Below, piece after piece: positions 1 through 12,354 of a DNA stretch of 64,000 bases; position 1 is the stretch's first letter; each line of letters begins with the position of its first letter. The stretch spans positions 17,112,001 to 17,176,000 of the forward strand of contig OZ241831.1 in NCBI GenBank assembly GCA_965202585.1, written 5' to 3'. Below the pieces are notes generated by a model. It had not been told where the DNA came from. It did no database searches and saw only the letters and a list, made by a program, of their open reading frames with translations. This stretch comes from Thalia democratica (Eukaryota). Position numbers and translations under genes: made by a program.

Positions 1-83
1 TATAACTTGCAATAAAAATATTTTCCCCTGAAACAAGGGAATTTAACCCCAGGGGTAAATTTACCCCAGATTAAGAATCGCTG
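1..83. mobile_element. Right end of a hAT (Charlie/Buster-type) MITE, truncated by the window edge
   Basis: Ends ...ggggtaaatttaccccagattaagaatcgctg (reverse complement cagcgattcttaa, resembling CAGTGGTTCTTAA hAT termini). The flank gtgtagat resembles the 8-bp TA-centred hAT target. The other end is outside the window. Confidence 0.5.
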
Positions 84-3000
84 GTGTAGATGGAAGATTA
101 GTTTTTGCACTGAATATCTGTACTGTACAATAATTAGTAATTACGCCATAGTTTTTTTTTTAACTTTTGTAGCATTTTTTAGCAAAGTGCTATTCGTTTC
201 AAACCATCAGCTGGTCATTGAAAACAACTTTATTGTTTTTATGAAAAGTATGTTCTGGTTTTTTTTTAACCGAATTTTTTAGTAAAGTATTTAAAAGCCC
301 TTCAAGTAGGCTTTGCTGAAAGTGATTAAGTTTATACAAAAAACATTACTTTATAGAGAAAATAATTGTGTATATGTATAGAGAAAATGTAAGTATTTTT
401 ATATATTGTTTTTTTAAATATGGCCTCTTAAACATTTTTAAAAAGTTTATGTTGTCCAAATTTTAATAGTTGTGCACCCCTTATTCAATAAATTTGAAAT
501 ACTTAAATTCTAAAACATTTTTTGTTAAGATGTTACATTGAAAAAATGTTTTACTTAGAATATATTTCAACACTAAAGTTAGAGAAAAAATTTACTAACT
601 GTGCTTTATTATTATCGTACGTCTTTTCTAAGTATTTACATTGAACTCCTCGACGATAATAAAAAACATATTTTACATATTTAGTTTTATAAAGCATTTT
701 TTTAACACAAAGTAAACTTAGTTTAAAGGTTATATACACAATTTTCTACTATTAGATTACATAACTACTTTAACTTTGTTTATAAAAATTCAATGAGTTT
801 TATTTAGTGATAAATATTTTAACGTTAAGCTCATTTAGGCTTGTATTACTTTAGTTACCTTTTTAATATAAGCTTTTTTTATCTTTAAATATTTATGGTA
901 ATAAACTTTGTTTTGAGTTAAGTTTTTTTTACATGACTTAAGTGTCTTCAATATGTTTTTGTATTGTGCATTTCTACACAATTTTAAGCTGTTTTTAGGT
1001 TTAAAACTTTTATCCAGATCAATATAGAAAAGTTTTAGCTAATTTTAAATTTATAATACAAACTCATTCTAAAAATAATAGCAAAAAAAAAAAAACTCGA
1101 TTTTAATATAGTAATAAAATAATAAACTAACAAGTTTTTGGCTTAAAAGTTTTTTAACAACCATAAGAACAATTAAAGTGTTATCTTACAAAATGTATTA
1201 TGAGTTGTTTACAACCCCATTATTTATTGAACCAGATCAAGTTTAAACGAGTAACACAATTCAAAAAACAAGTTTAGCTAAATCTAAACATAATTAAATA
1301 GAAATATGCTTAGTTAAAAAGTGGTTATGTTAAAAAAATTATTAAAATTACTTACTTAAGTACATATCAAGTACAATTAGTTTTAAAACAAAAAAAATTG
1401 AAGTTTAAATTTTTTCTGACAATGTTTTTGTTTTTTGGTATCTACATTTACATGACTAGAAGCATAAAGCCTTTTCTACATAATAACTTAATCTTAATAT
1501 GTATAGTTTAAGTTTTATACATTCATTATACATTTAAAGCAACATAGACCATGGAACTAAGTCAAGTTATTGTAAATACTTTATATTAACAAACTGAGTT
1601 TTTAAAGTTACAAGTAAGTTAACAATGTATAGCTTATAACTAAATTAAAAGTTTCAACTAATTTAATCTTAGATTTCTTGACTTCAACAAAACGCGAAAT
1701 ATTTTTCTATTATAAAAGAACAAACAAAAAAAATTAAAATTTAACGATTTGAAATATTATGTTAGTACTAAAGGCTTTTGTAATAATTTAGTAACCAAGC
1801 TGTATTGTTAAACTTATTAGTTTTTTATTTACAAGTGTTAAACTTCGTTTAAAATTTTTGTGCTTTAGTTTATATTATAATTAAGCTAATGGGAAAAAAA
1901 AAACATTGTTAGTTTATTTTTAAGTTTAAAAAAAAACAGTTTTGACTTTTATTTTATGCTATAAAACAATTTTTAATGTCAAAACAATCTATTACGTATA
2001 AAAGTAGCATGAAAATGTTTATTATTACACGAAAAAACAAAATTTTTAAATAAAGCTTCCAATAACATTTCTCTTTCTTTAGTTTTATTTTGAGTAAAAA
2101 CCAGTTTTCGATATAAAAAACTCAAGGGTAATAGAAAAAATCCTTAGATAGCATTTGCACTTTAAAGAAATGCTTCTAAATATTTAACGAAGCGACAACC
2201 ATAAGGCAATTAAAAATTACCTTGCTAATAATTGGAAATTTTGCTTTCTTAATGTCCTATGTGTACTTTTTAAATAAATGATTTTAATTATATGCTTACT
2301 GTTTTATTTTTCTAAGTTTTTTGCAACTTTTCTTAAATTCTTTAACTTGTTAACACTTTAAAACAGTCTTTTATAAGACTCAAAATTATTTAAAGAATTT
2401 ACAAAATTAAACTTTCAGTACAGTTCTTTCTTAAATCAAAAAATAAAATTTAGATGAATTTTTACTAACAATCTAAACAAACTATAAGCAATACTATTTT
2501 TTAATCAGATATTTTAAGTTTAGTTAATTTGTTATTAAACTATATTGTGGTGTGTTAATAATATTCTAACGAAATTATATCTACAGTATATTATAAAATG
2601 AATCTATTTTCTTTTAATTCCGAGCTACAAGAAATAGTATTTACACTATTGATGAAAAATCTAAATAAAATACATACAATACTATAATTTTTTATATATC
2701 ATTGCTATTTTGAAAACTTCTTTGCTATCTTTAACTTTTAAATAACATTTTTTGATATCAAAATTAATTTCATAGACTTTAGAGAAAAAAATTAGATGCA
2801 AGTAATAGCTTTAATAAAGTCTAAAACAAAATATATTACGTTTCTGCCACAATTTTCTATCTAGAATTATGTTTGGTCGAAAACAATAATAACTAGGTAG
2901 ATAATTTTTTATTTAATGTTAAATTTACCACAAAAGTTCTAACTATGTACAATCTACATATTTAAACTTTCTTGTTAGATGTTTTTTGTTCCAAAATTAA

Positions 3001-6000
3001 AGTTTAATTAATTTTAGATACCTAATACTAATATAACAGCAAACCTTGTTTTCCATATCTAAAGAATTGGAAATTATAGTTACAAATAAAAACTTTAGAA
3101 CTTTGAGTTATAATTTGAGTAAATTAAATAAATTAACAGTCATAGACTGGTTTTATACAACAACCATATTATTTATGATACTTATCTGATTTGTATATCG
3201 TAAAAGAAAAATTAGGAAGTTGTTTAGGGAAAGATTCTTTTTGATAACTTATGATAATTTATTAGCTTATATTGAAGCAACATATTTCCATATAAAATGT
3301 AAAAATTTTACTAAAATAATTTTTCATTCCATTAAATCATAAATTTTCTTTACGAGAGAACAAAATAAATTTTCAATACTTCTTTTATACACTCTAATCT
3401 GATAACAGGTTTTGTAATAAATCAAAGGTCACGAGTAGTCTCATACTACTGAGTATTGTTCTAGTTGTAAACAAGTTAATTTCCATGTTTTGCTTTCAGC
3501 AACATGCAAATGTGCATATAAGTTCACAAAAAACTAAGAAAGCACATGAAAAACAACAACAATGAAAGTTTGTGTAACCAAACAAAAGATTATAGGTATA
3601 AAGCCGTGTTTGTTTACGACAAATGAATTCACAGTAGTCCATAAACCGATTACCAAATCTTTTAATACTAATCTTAGTGGAAGAAAAAATCGAAAACTCT
3701 TTAAATTTGCATCGTAAATTTTTGATTCTTGTAAAAAGCAATGCGTTAAAGATATATTTGTTAAGTGCTTTTATATAAGCTCCTAATACTTATGAGATAG
3801 AGTTTTAGCAATTAATTATGATGAATATTGACAGTTGCCGTTCAACAGCATCGTTCAATTCATTTCTAACTTGACTGACTTAAATTAAAAACGAGAGAAA
3901 TGAAAACGAGAGTGAACAAAAAAGATAAAACTCGCTTCTTTCACAACTTGAATAATACCTATCTATTAGGTTTTTTCCGATATAGAATTTTTTTCAGATG
4001 CAGCAGTTAATTTTAATGAGCTTTGTTTATTTAGATACTACTAATGTTTTTTTTTATTTTTCATGATAGTATTTCTATAATCTTTAACAAATCTTTTTGA
4101 AGTATACATAATTTAAAGAATAATATAATTATAAAATGGTAATATAAGTAGCTCAGTTACCAAATTATACGCAAGAGTTGTTATGACTGTACAAGCTTAT
4201 ATATTTGGTAAGGCTTTATTCTTTATATCGTTTTCAAATGATTTTTAGATGAAAAATAATATTATTTTCATTAAAGTAGTGATAAATTTAAACTTATAAA
4301 TTTTGTAACTGTGTTTTAAAAATAAATTTAAATCTTTTATTTTGTAAAGTCCTTTAAATTTATTTTTAATCATAAAAATAGAAAAGTATTATATAAAACA
4401 TTGAACTAAGAAACATAGCTCTTTATTGTTTAAAAACAAAATTTTATTGCACCAATCAAAACTTTGAAAACATTAGTTATAGTTCGTGTTTGTGTTGATT
4501 GAAAAAAAAGTTTAAAGTTCTTAAAAGTTGAAAGATTGAAAATGTGTAAACATTAAACGTAAAGCTGTTTAGAAATTTCAAAACGCTTTTCTTTTTTCCT
4601 CTCTCAATTTTAATTTAAAACAATTTAACACAAACGACGCTTAATAATTCATTGCAGATCTAAGCTTCAACGTAAAACCGAGTCAAGATTTTTTTTCTCA
4701 AATAAAAAACACCTCGCAAACTAGAATTTTTTATTGACAAAGTGCAGATATAATGCTTCGGGTTATTTTTTGTGGCAGCGGCGTGGTTAAATGTCAGATA
4801 TTTTAATTAGTGTCTAATCTAATTAAACTGCTCGTTTGTCAGCCGACCGCTGGTTCGAATAACAGAGTTTCAGCTGAAAAATAGGTGATCGTCAAACTGG
4901 TATTACCTTTGTATACAGATTTTAGAATTGTTTTTTAATTTTCGGCTCGTGCTGCGTATTCTAATCAATTTTATTGTGATGAGTTTTACATGAAAAAAAA
5001 TGACTAAAAGAACACCTTTTTTAGGTCAGTGCATTAAAACAACGCGGCTTGACGAGCGTGTAATCTCTGAACAAATTGGTGATTTCCGTAATTTTTAACG
5101 TATAAAAACATAGAAGACAAGCTTCAGATCTTAAATGGTCGTATGAGATGCGCGCAATTACTTGAACGTGACCGCGTTGCGAGGCGCTTCGAGGAATTTT
5201 TTCATGTCATCGCAGCCCGATAACATCATCGTACGATGCGGTGCGCACGTGAAACGGCCACGACGTCCCAACAACAATTCCAACGTTGAAAATTCGATCA
5301 GCTCCTCGAAACTTCCCTCCAACGGATGGCTCCGGGCGCTGTTTTGTCTCCACACGATCTTAATGAGTTGCCAGTTAGGAATGAGGCTGTTTGCGCTTAC
5401 GAACCTAGTTAATTGAATTTTTCGAATGCTCTGTTACCTAACTTCACATGATTTATAAGTAAAACTGTTAAACAGACATTTGCTGTTTTATTTTTCTCTA
5501 AAATACTATGAATAAGTGTTTTATTGATCAACTGTGGGTGGAATATAAGAGTAAGTGTTTGTAGTATTTTAGTTTAAAAAATCGATTCTAATCGTAAAAA
5601 CGATTTTAGAAAATTTTATTCTTAATTTAATTATATGAAAGGAGAGAATTTTTTACATTAGTCTGAAAAAAGTTATAAACTTTTTGAAACGTGGAAAACT
5701 AGCTTGACTTAAAGATTACTTATTAAAGTAAAAAAAAAAATTAAGTCATATTTTAAACTAAAAGCTGTTTAAGTCATCGATCACTGAGCTAAAAGTAAAC
5801 AAAACTATTTGCTTAATTTATTTATTTCTAAATTTAAATAAATTTGTTTTAATTCAAAATAGTAAATTTTGTTAAAGCTGTGTATAAACATGATATTTTT
5901 GAACCGAGTTTTATGTATGGATTAAACACAAGCGTGTAACCGAGCCTTCCATTAAGTTTGCATGCAGCCAAAAAATCAATCTTTGTGCAAAGGTTTCTAT

Positions 6001-6344
6001 CAGATCTGCATTAAAAATTCATAAACTTTTCTGTTGTAATCTTTATTTGCTAACCTTTCATGTCTTAACAAGCGTTGAAAGTCGGAAAAAATAACAGCTT
6101 ATATATAAACTTGACATTTTATTATTCTAATACTAGGAAGTAAAGTATGTTTTAACTGTTTACTGCTGTACAATTAAGAAAGTAATATAACAGTTTTATA
6201 TATACATATACCTTATACTTAATATAATATAATTAAACAGAGTAAATTTAACAAAAATATCACAAAAATCTTTGTAATCTACAACTGACGTAGTTTCAAA
6301 GCTGCTAGCCGATCAAAAAATCCAAAGATCTAAAAAGCCTCGAC

Positions 6345-9300
6345 ATGTCTGAGACTTGTCAAGAAAACCAGGTCAAAGCTACAATGAAAGAAAAAGTTGC
6401 TGGTCCAAAAGAAAAGCAAGAGTGTTCGTCCTGCGCTGTGACGTCACAAATGGACGACAACATGAAACGCATGATGAGTTTCGTTGAGCCTCTCGGGCAC
6501 TCGCAGGTCGTCGACCGCCAGTCACTCGCCAGTCTGCCTGTTGGATTTGTAAAGGTCAGTTTTACATGATGACCGTTTGTTTTAATACTTGTTTAAATAT
6601 TTAAAGCGTTTTGTGTAGATATAAAAAGTTTGATTTCCGTCTCAAAAAACTAAAAAAATCTTTAAAACTTAACAGACCTTATATTTAACCGGTTTTAGTT
6701 GAATAAATTTCCATAATGTTTATAGTTCAACAATACTACTTTAAAAGTAGTAACAATTATTTTTCTCAACTTTGTTGTAAGTTATAACTTTTTAAAGTCT
6801 CCATTACTTTTTATTGTAAAAGTAAACTTTAGTTTTAACTGTGCTCAAGGGCTATAAAATTTTACAACGTTAACTCCCTTTCTGTATACTTGATGCAATA
6901 TAGAAAATTTAAAAGTTTAAACAACTTTTCCCACCAGCTAAAACAAAAATAAGTTCAAAACTAAAGTTCTTAGTTTTATTATCAAAAGTTAAACGCTTAA
7001 TTTGACAACTGTTTTATTTTTGATAGTAATTTATTTTGTGTTTATGTTGTTACGTTTAATATCTTAAAAAAGGCTGGGAGTGTTATAAATAGATGTATAT
7101 TTATATATTTATTTATAGATATATTAATGGTTAGAAATGAAAATTGTTGCTATGTTTACAATGTATGCGCGTTTGTTTTCAAAATGATTAACAAGTTACA
7201 ATTGATATTTTAGGGTTAATTAAATTCTAAAGGAGTTGGTTTGCTAAGTATCATAGCTAAACAAACATAAAGAGCTTTCGTAATGCAAATACGTTACTAA
7301 TTGTTAAGGATAAAGTAATTAGTTACCAAAAAACTTTTTTTAGTACAGTTTGAACTGTTCCTTTTTATACAAAAATAACTGAAAAAGTGTAAAAAATTAC
7401 TTATGTTAGTTTGCGAAGTACAAATAAAACGATTTTTTATAGTTTATGTGTAAAAAATTAGCAGCAGTATAGTGTTTTGTAATATAAAAACATGAAGATA
7501 CGTACACAGTTAATTAAATTTTTATGTAAAACTTCATAACTCTTGTGCCATACACTTACTTTTGAGCAGCTTAACAACATGAAGCTTTATATTAAATAAG
7601 CAAAACAGTGGTTATTTTTGACTTCGGCAAGCGTGTTAAATGTTGCTTCTCTGACTATTAATCTATGGTAGCCTGTTTCTCTTTCTCTATGTTCATTGTG
7701 CCGTGTTCGCATGTATTGATTTGTTCTTTTTGTGAGAAGCATCAGAGCTTTTTTGAGACGTGCTTCACTTTTTTTTTAGTTATAATTTCAAATAAATGAT
7801 GACGTGCAGTGTTTTAAGTTGAACTAGCAGCGTGTGAAAAAGCTTAATGTGTTGCAAATGCTATTTCTGTTATGTTTAATAAAGCTAAAGAAGATAAGGT
7901 TAAGTTTTGACATTTTTTACATCGTTTATTAGTATTTTTATACTAGTATTATTATTTTAATAAGATTTATTTAAGCACTGACGAGGTCTTTGACCGAAAC
8001 ATAGTTTTTAAATAAATTCTTTAAAGAATAAATTCAATATTTATCCTCCAGTAGTTGAGGTATCTTTATTTGTTTTCTTAAAACCAAAACATATAATAGT
8101 ATTTTCATATAATAAATTAAACTAAGTTAAAACTAATTGAGAAAGTGTTACTAATTAAGTTTTGTTAAACGTGTTTATGCTTTTTTTATTGTACTTTATG
8201 CAATTACTGTATCATAAGGGTTTATAATTTAGCATACGTTCAAAAGCTGAAGTAAATTTTTGTTTTATTAAACAAAAATTTAGAACATTTAAAGTTGTAG
8301 GTTTTGTTTTTTATTATACTTTTTTATAATGAATATTATTTAGACATATAAACGACAACTTCAAACATGATAAGTAAGTTGTTTAGTAAGTTACATACCT
8401 TACAAAGTATAAATAAAAAATTACAAACAGCTTGCAATTACCGACGATTCAAAAATGTTGAAAGTTCGTCTAGTCGACTTCATGAAGACACTAACTTCAA
8501 AACCTAGTAACAATTCCACTGGCAAGATTTCAAGCAGCTCCAAGACACGTTAGTTATTAAATTGTGTCGACCTTTTCTTAACGCCTTTATGTTTAATTTT
8601 AGCACATCGCAATTTTTTTGTTTATCTTTTTAGGAGATTGAGAGTTTTTAATTGAAATAAATTTAAATAGATATTTAAACTTTCAGTAGATAACATATTT
8701 AAATAGTCCTAAATTGTGTCAGGGGTACTTATTTTTACTGTAAAGATACTTGTTTTAAACGCTTAAAACGATAAAATATTTCGACAGAGGTGTCAATAAA
8801 AGGTTACCTGGCTATGAGTAACCTGGTAACCGAAAGTAAGGTAGTAGCTACCAGTACTAGCAACCAAGATTCTACGGGCAAGAGCAATGTACTTCTGTTT
8901 GACAAGCGAGAAATAGCTGCAAAGATAGCTAAAGGCTTAGACCAAGGATGCTCAAACGCGAAGCAACTTTTCAACGCCGAGCAAATACTTCAAGTTAGTT
9001 GGGTAACTCTGAAAGTTTTGATTGGTTAAATTACTATTAACGCTGCCCCGCCTATATTGCATTTCATAAGATTCAAACACGTAACAAAATAGAAATACTT
9101 TTGGTTGCAATAAAAGCTTCATGTGTATTATTTTTAGACGGTGTCTTCACGTTACTGCTTCGAGCTATTTTGTACAATTAAACTTGCTTGTATTATGTAT
9201 TCTTAATTCTTGGAAGTTTAATTAATTTCGAAAATTTTCAATGCTTAAATTTTATCTTACGTAAATAGGTTTTCGCTCAGTATGTTACTTTTAAAACCCA

Positions 9301-12300
9301 GACAGTGCCAAATAAAACGAACTTTTTTTTAATTTTATGACATACTAAAAAAACAAAAGAAGGTTTTTAAAAGTAACAAAGTTTTTAAGAAAAAAATATG
9401 TAGAAAGTGTCTACATCTAGTTAAAAATTGTTCAAAAAAATGCAACTAGATTATAATTAAACAATATTAGCTATTAAATTTCATTTTCAAGAAAAAACTA
9501 AAAAAACAAACAAATAAATCTTAAACCGCATCCGTCTGATGAGCAAAGGTTATCAGTGATTTCGATAGAAACTTGACCTTCAAACCGCGAAATTTTAGTG
9601 TCGTGCTTGTTTTTTTCAAAAAGTCACCAAGAATCGAATTCTAAAATCCAGTTGAAAAAAAAAACTCAGCTAGTTTTGCTTTTAATTCTCACTTTACTTT
9701 TCTCTTAAATTTAACTCGACGATGGTTTCGCACAACCCTCTCCTTTTGTATTTTGCAGCTAATTCTAAATCAATTTTAGTCTCGTGTAATGTGACGTCAT
9801 AGCACGCGAGAACCTTCTGCTCAGCAAGTTTGCTTGTTTTCTGCATTTCAATTGGCCTTCGCGTTTCGCCCCCCGCCAACTTTTGATTGTTTTTTTCTGC
9901 GACTTTGTTTGATGAATTGTTCTAGCTGCTAAAAATCTTGCTCAAAACGCATCTCTCGACCCTTAAGGCTGATGTATTTACATCAGCTGCATAGTTTGTA
10001 CGTAAACTGTCGCTAGTTTTATGTTTGAACTGCATCAAGATCATTAGCGTGCTGTTGAGTTCGACATAGTTACCACATTTTTTTATCACAGGTTTGCGTG
10101 TTCGTCTACCCAGCTCCCTACCGGCTAAAGACGTTTCTCGGAACGGTTCATCTGGCCATTGCCGAGATGCGAAGATCGTGCAACAGCAGCAGCGTGTCGC
10201 TGTCATCCTATTACAAGGTAAATTTGACCTTAAAATTTATATTGCGCTCATTTTAAACGCTGCTGAAATCGCTAAATGCCAACGCTTTGTTTGTTTTCGA
10301 TGTTTTTCGTAGCATCATGCAGTGTTTACGTGGTGCTACGATGGTAGTGTTTTTTTTTACTTTTATATTTGTGTTTTGAGAAAATTGTTTTCGAAAATAG
10401 AGTCGAAACTTTGCAAATGTTTCAAGGTAAGTCGAGTTTGCAATTTTTAAGGCTATGATGGTTTTACCATTGTAGCAATGAACCGCGAAATGTCTTCCGT
10501 GACGCACTTTAGCTTCTGTTTGAAACAAAAACAAGTTTGTTTAGAACTGAAAATCATTTATAATTCATAGAAACAAAAACAAACTTCCAATTCTTAACCT
10601 GTTTATATCTAAAACTGATATTTTTCCAGATATTTCCTACGTCGTCGTTCGTGGCCGGATGCCCAGTGATCGGAGCGACGCACCACTGCGTCAACAGGTG
10701 TCGTCACGGCAACAGCAGGAACCCCCTCGACGAGATGTGCGAGCGGGCGAGAGCCAACCAGGTGGTCGCGTTTAAAGTCAACAACAGCGGCGGGCAGAAG
10801 AAGCTGAAAATATCAAAACTGGCCGGTGCTTCAGCTTCCATACCGGAGGAAGCGCGACCCAGGTGCAACACGAGCAGCGAGAAGCCGACCAACTTCCGCC
10901 CCAACCCGAAGCAAATCACCAAGTCGCATTCGCTTCGGGCACTCGTGTCTGCACTGACCCACCGCAAGCGTCACGCCTTGGCAAAGTCTAAAGCGTACCA
11001 AACTCCCGCGAGCTCTCCGCCCCGAACGCAGACGACCAAGCTGGAGTCGGAAGTGTCGCTGGATAACGGGTACGGCAGCAGCAGCGGCGACAGCTGTAGC
11101 AGGACGTCGGAATCGAAGTTCAGCGACCGGCAGCAGCATTCCTTCAACGAGTCGATCCGAGGGCCGCTGTGTTACCGCCAAAGCGAACCTTCCTTCACGG
11201 CTTCCGTGACGACGACCAACTCCAGTTGCTTGGTGGCGCAGACTTCGATCGACAGCACGAGGTCATACGCCGACTCCACGACTACGAACTCAGGGGAAAC
11301 GAGCGAAAGGACCTCTTCGGCGAGCCAGTGCATATGCGGAACGGAGTACTGTTCCACGATCGACCGCAGCACCATGTCGGCTTCGACCGGAGCGATCAGC
11401 GCCAACGAAACCACTCCAAGGCCGCGACGAAAAGTCAACACGGAAATCACGGCAAGCGCGAAGGTGAAGTCGATGCAGAACATCGTGAGCTCGATGAAAA
11501 ACATCGTGTACAGCGTGCGAGTGCGCGCCAAGATAAACAGCAGGACGAGAGAAGCGCGCATGGCGAAGAGAAAGAACATTTTTCCCACCAGACCGACCAC
11601 TTCCGTGCCTCCCAACTTGCGCAGCTTCTCGCTCGGCCCTCTCATAGACGGCAGCGAGGACGGGTTCGACGTCAAAGACAACGTCTTCGAGATTCTCAAC
11701 TCGGCGAGTAAAATTCGTTCCGGTGGAGTCGTCAAGAAAAATTCAGAGAGCGGAAGCAGCTTTTCTTCTCCGCTCACCTCCACGGAGAGGGACGTGTCTG
11801 AGGCGCCCGCTTCCTCCAAGACCTCTCCTCCGCAGAGCTTCGACGAGGGAAAAGGTTCCTCTGAAGACGGAATCACGTTTTCTCTTACAGAACAAAGCGA
11901 CTCGAAGAAAACAGCAAGTTGGAATTGCGAGGACTGTATGCTCGCCAGCTTGGCTGATAAATCTGAGCTAAAAGCGACAACGAGTCTAAAAAAAAATGAG
12001 CAGAACTTGAGTCAGCGAAGCAAACTCGTGAGACAAAACTGCTTCCGAAGTTCGGACGACATAAGAAAAGAAAAAAGCAAAGCTGCGAGCAAAGACGCGA
12101 AAGTTTTAAAACTCCGCCAGAAGCACAAACTGACCAAGCTGAAACCGGTGGTCGACGATGACATTGCTCCGTACATCGAAGACGGAATTCCGCCGCGAAA
12201 ATCGCTGGAAGTTCAAACGACGACGGAGGACGAGTCAGAGGACTTCCACAGCTGCGCCGGCGGAGACTTGTACGTTTCAGACATGATTTCTCTCTCATCT

Positions 12301-12354
12301 TCGTTTCACAGCCTGAACTGCTTTGTCAGCGGCGAGGATGTTTGCGTGCGATAA
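6345..12354 (+). CDS. Divergent RIM (RIMS/unc-10 family) C2B-domain protein with a long Ser/Thr-rich C-terminal tail, about 794 aa from the ATG at 6345
   Basis: Exons 6345-6554, 8431-8548, 8788-8993, 10092-10217, 10630-12354; all introns GT-AG with consistent phases (0,1,0,0). The spliced protein reads FVEPLGHSQVVDRQSLASLPVGFVKLAI..LTSKP..IKGYL..LLFD..ILQVCVF..KTFLG..YYKIFPTSS, matching RIM C2B as recalled (FLDGLGPAQLVGRQTLATPPMGDVHIAI..LTPKP..IKVYL..LLFD..VLQVIVW..KCFMG..WYKLFPTSS). The true 5' end is uncertain: an in-frame acceptor at 6307-6308 allows an upstream exon. Confidence 0.8.
7964..8018 (+). ncRNA. Minimal type I hammerhead ribozyme motif (Penelope-type) within an intron of the RIM-like gene
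   Basis: gatttatttaag-ca-CTGACGA-ggtc-ttt-gacc-GAAAC-ata-GTT-tttaaataaatt. Core intact, 4-bp stem II, 2-bp stem III, 12-bp stem I with a 2-nt register defect next to the core; AATAAA motifs in and just after the 3' strand. Confidence 0.7.

Noticed and set aside
3500-3595. AG/GT-bounded segment as an upstream coding exon of the RIM-like gene
   Set aside because: Stop codons in all three frames; at most a UTR exon.
4840-4870. ggttcgaat T-loop-like motif as a tRNA
   Set aside because: No acceptor, D or anticodon arms could be folded.
7620-7770. Minus-strand RTNQYMRTRHNEH resembling a GIY-YIG fragment near the intronic hammerhead
   Set aside because: Short match, opposite orientation to the hammerhead and no other endonuclease motifs; cannot be supported.
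9535-9575. CTGATGAG followed later by GAAAC as a hammerhead
   Set aside because: No stem II pairing and no stem I or III complementarity.
10704-12298. Several overlapping alternative-frame and antisense ORFs over the last RIM-like exon
   Set aside because: Expected shadows of a GC-rich, codon-biased exon; no recognisable domains.
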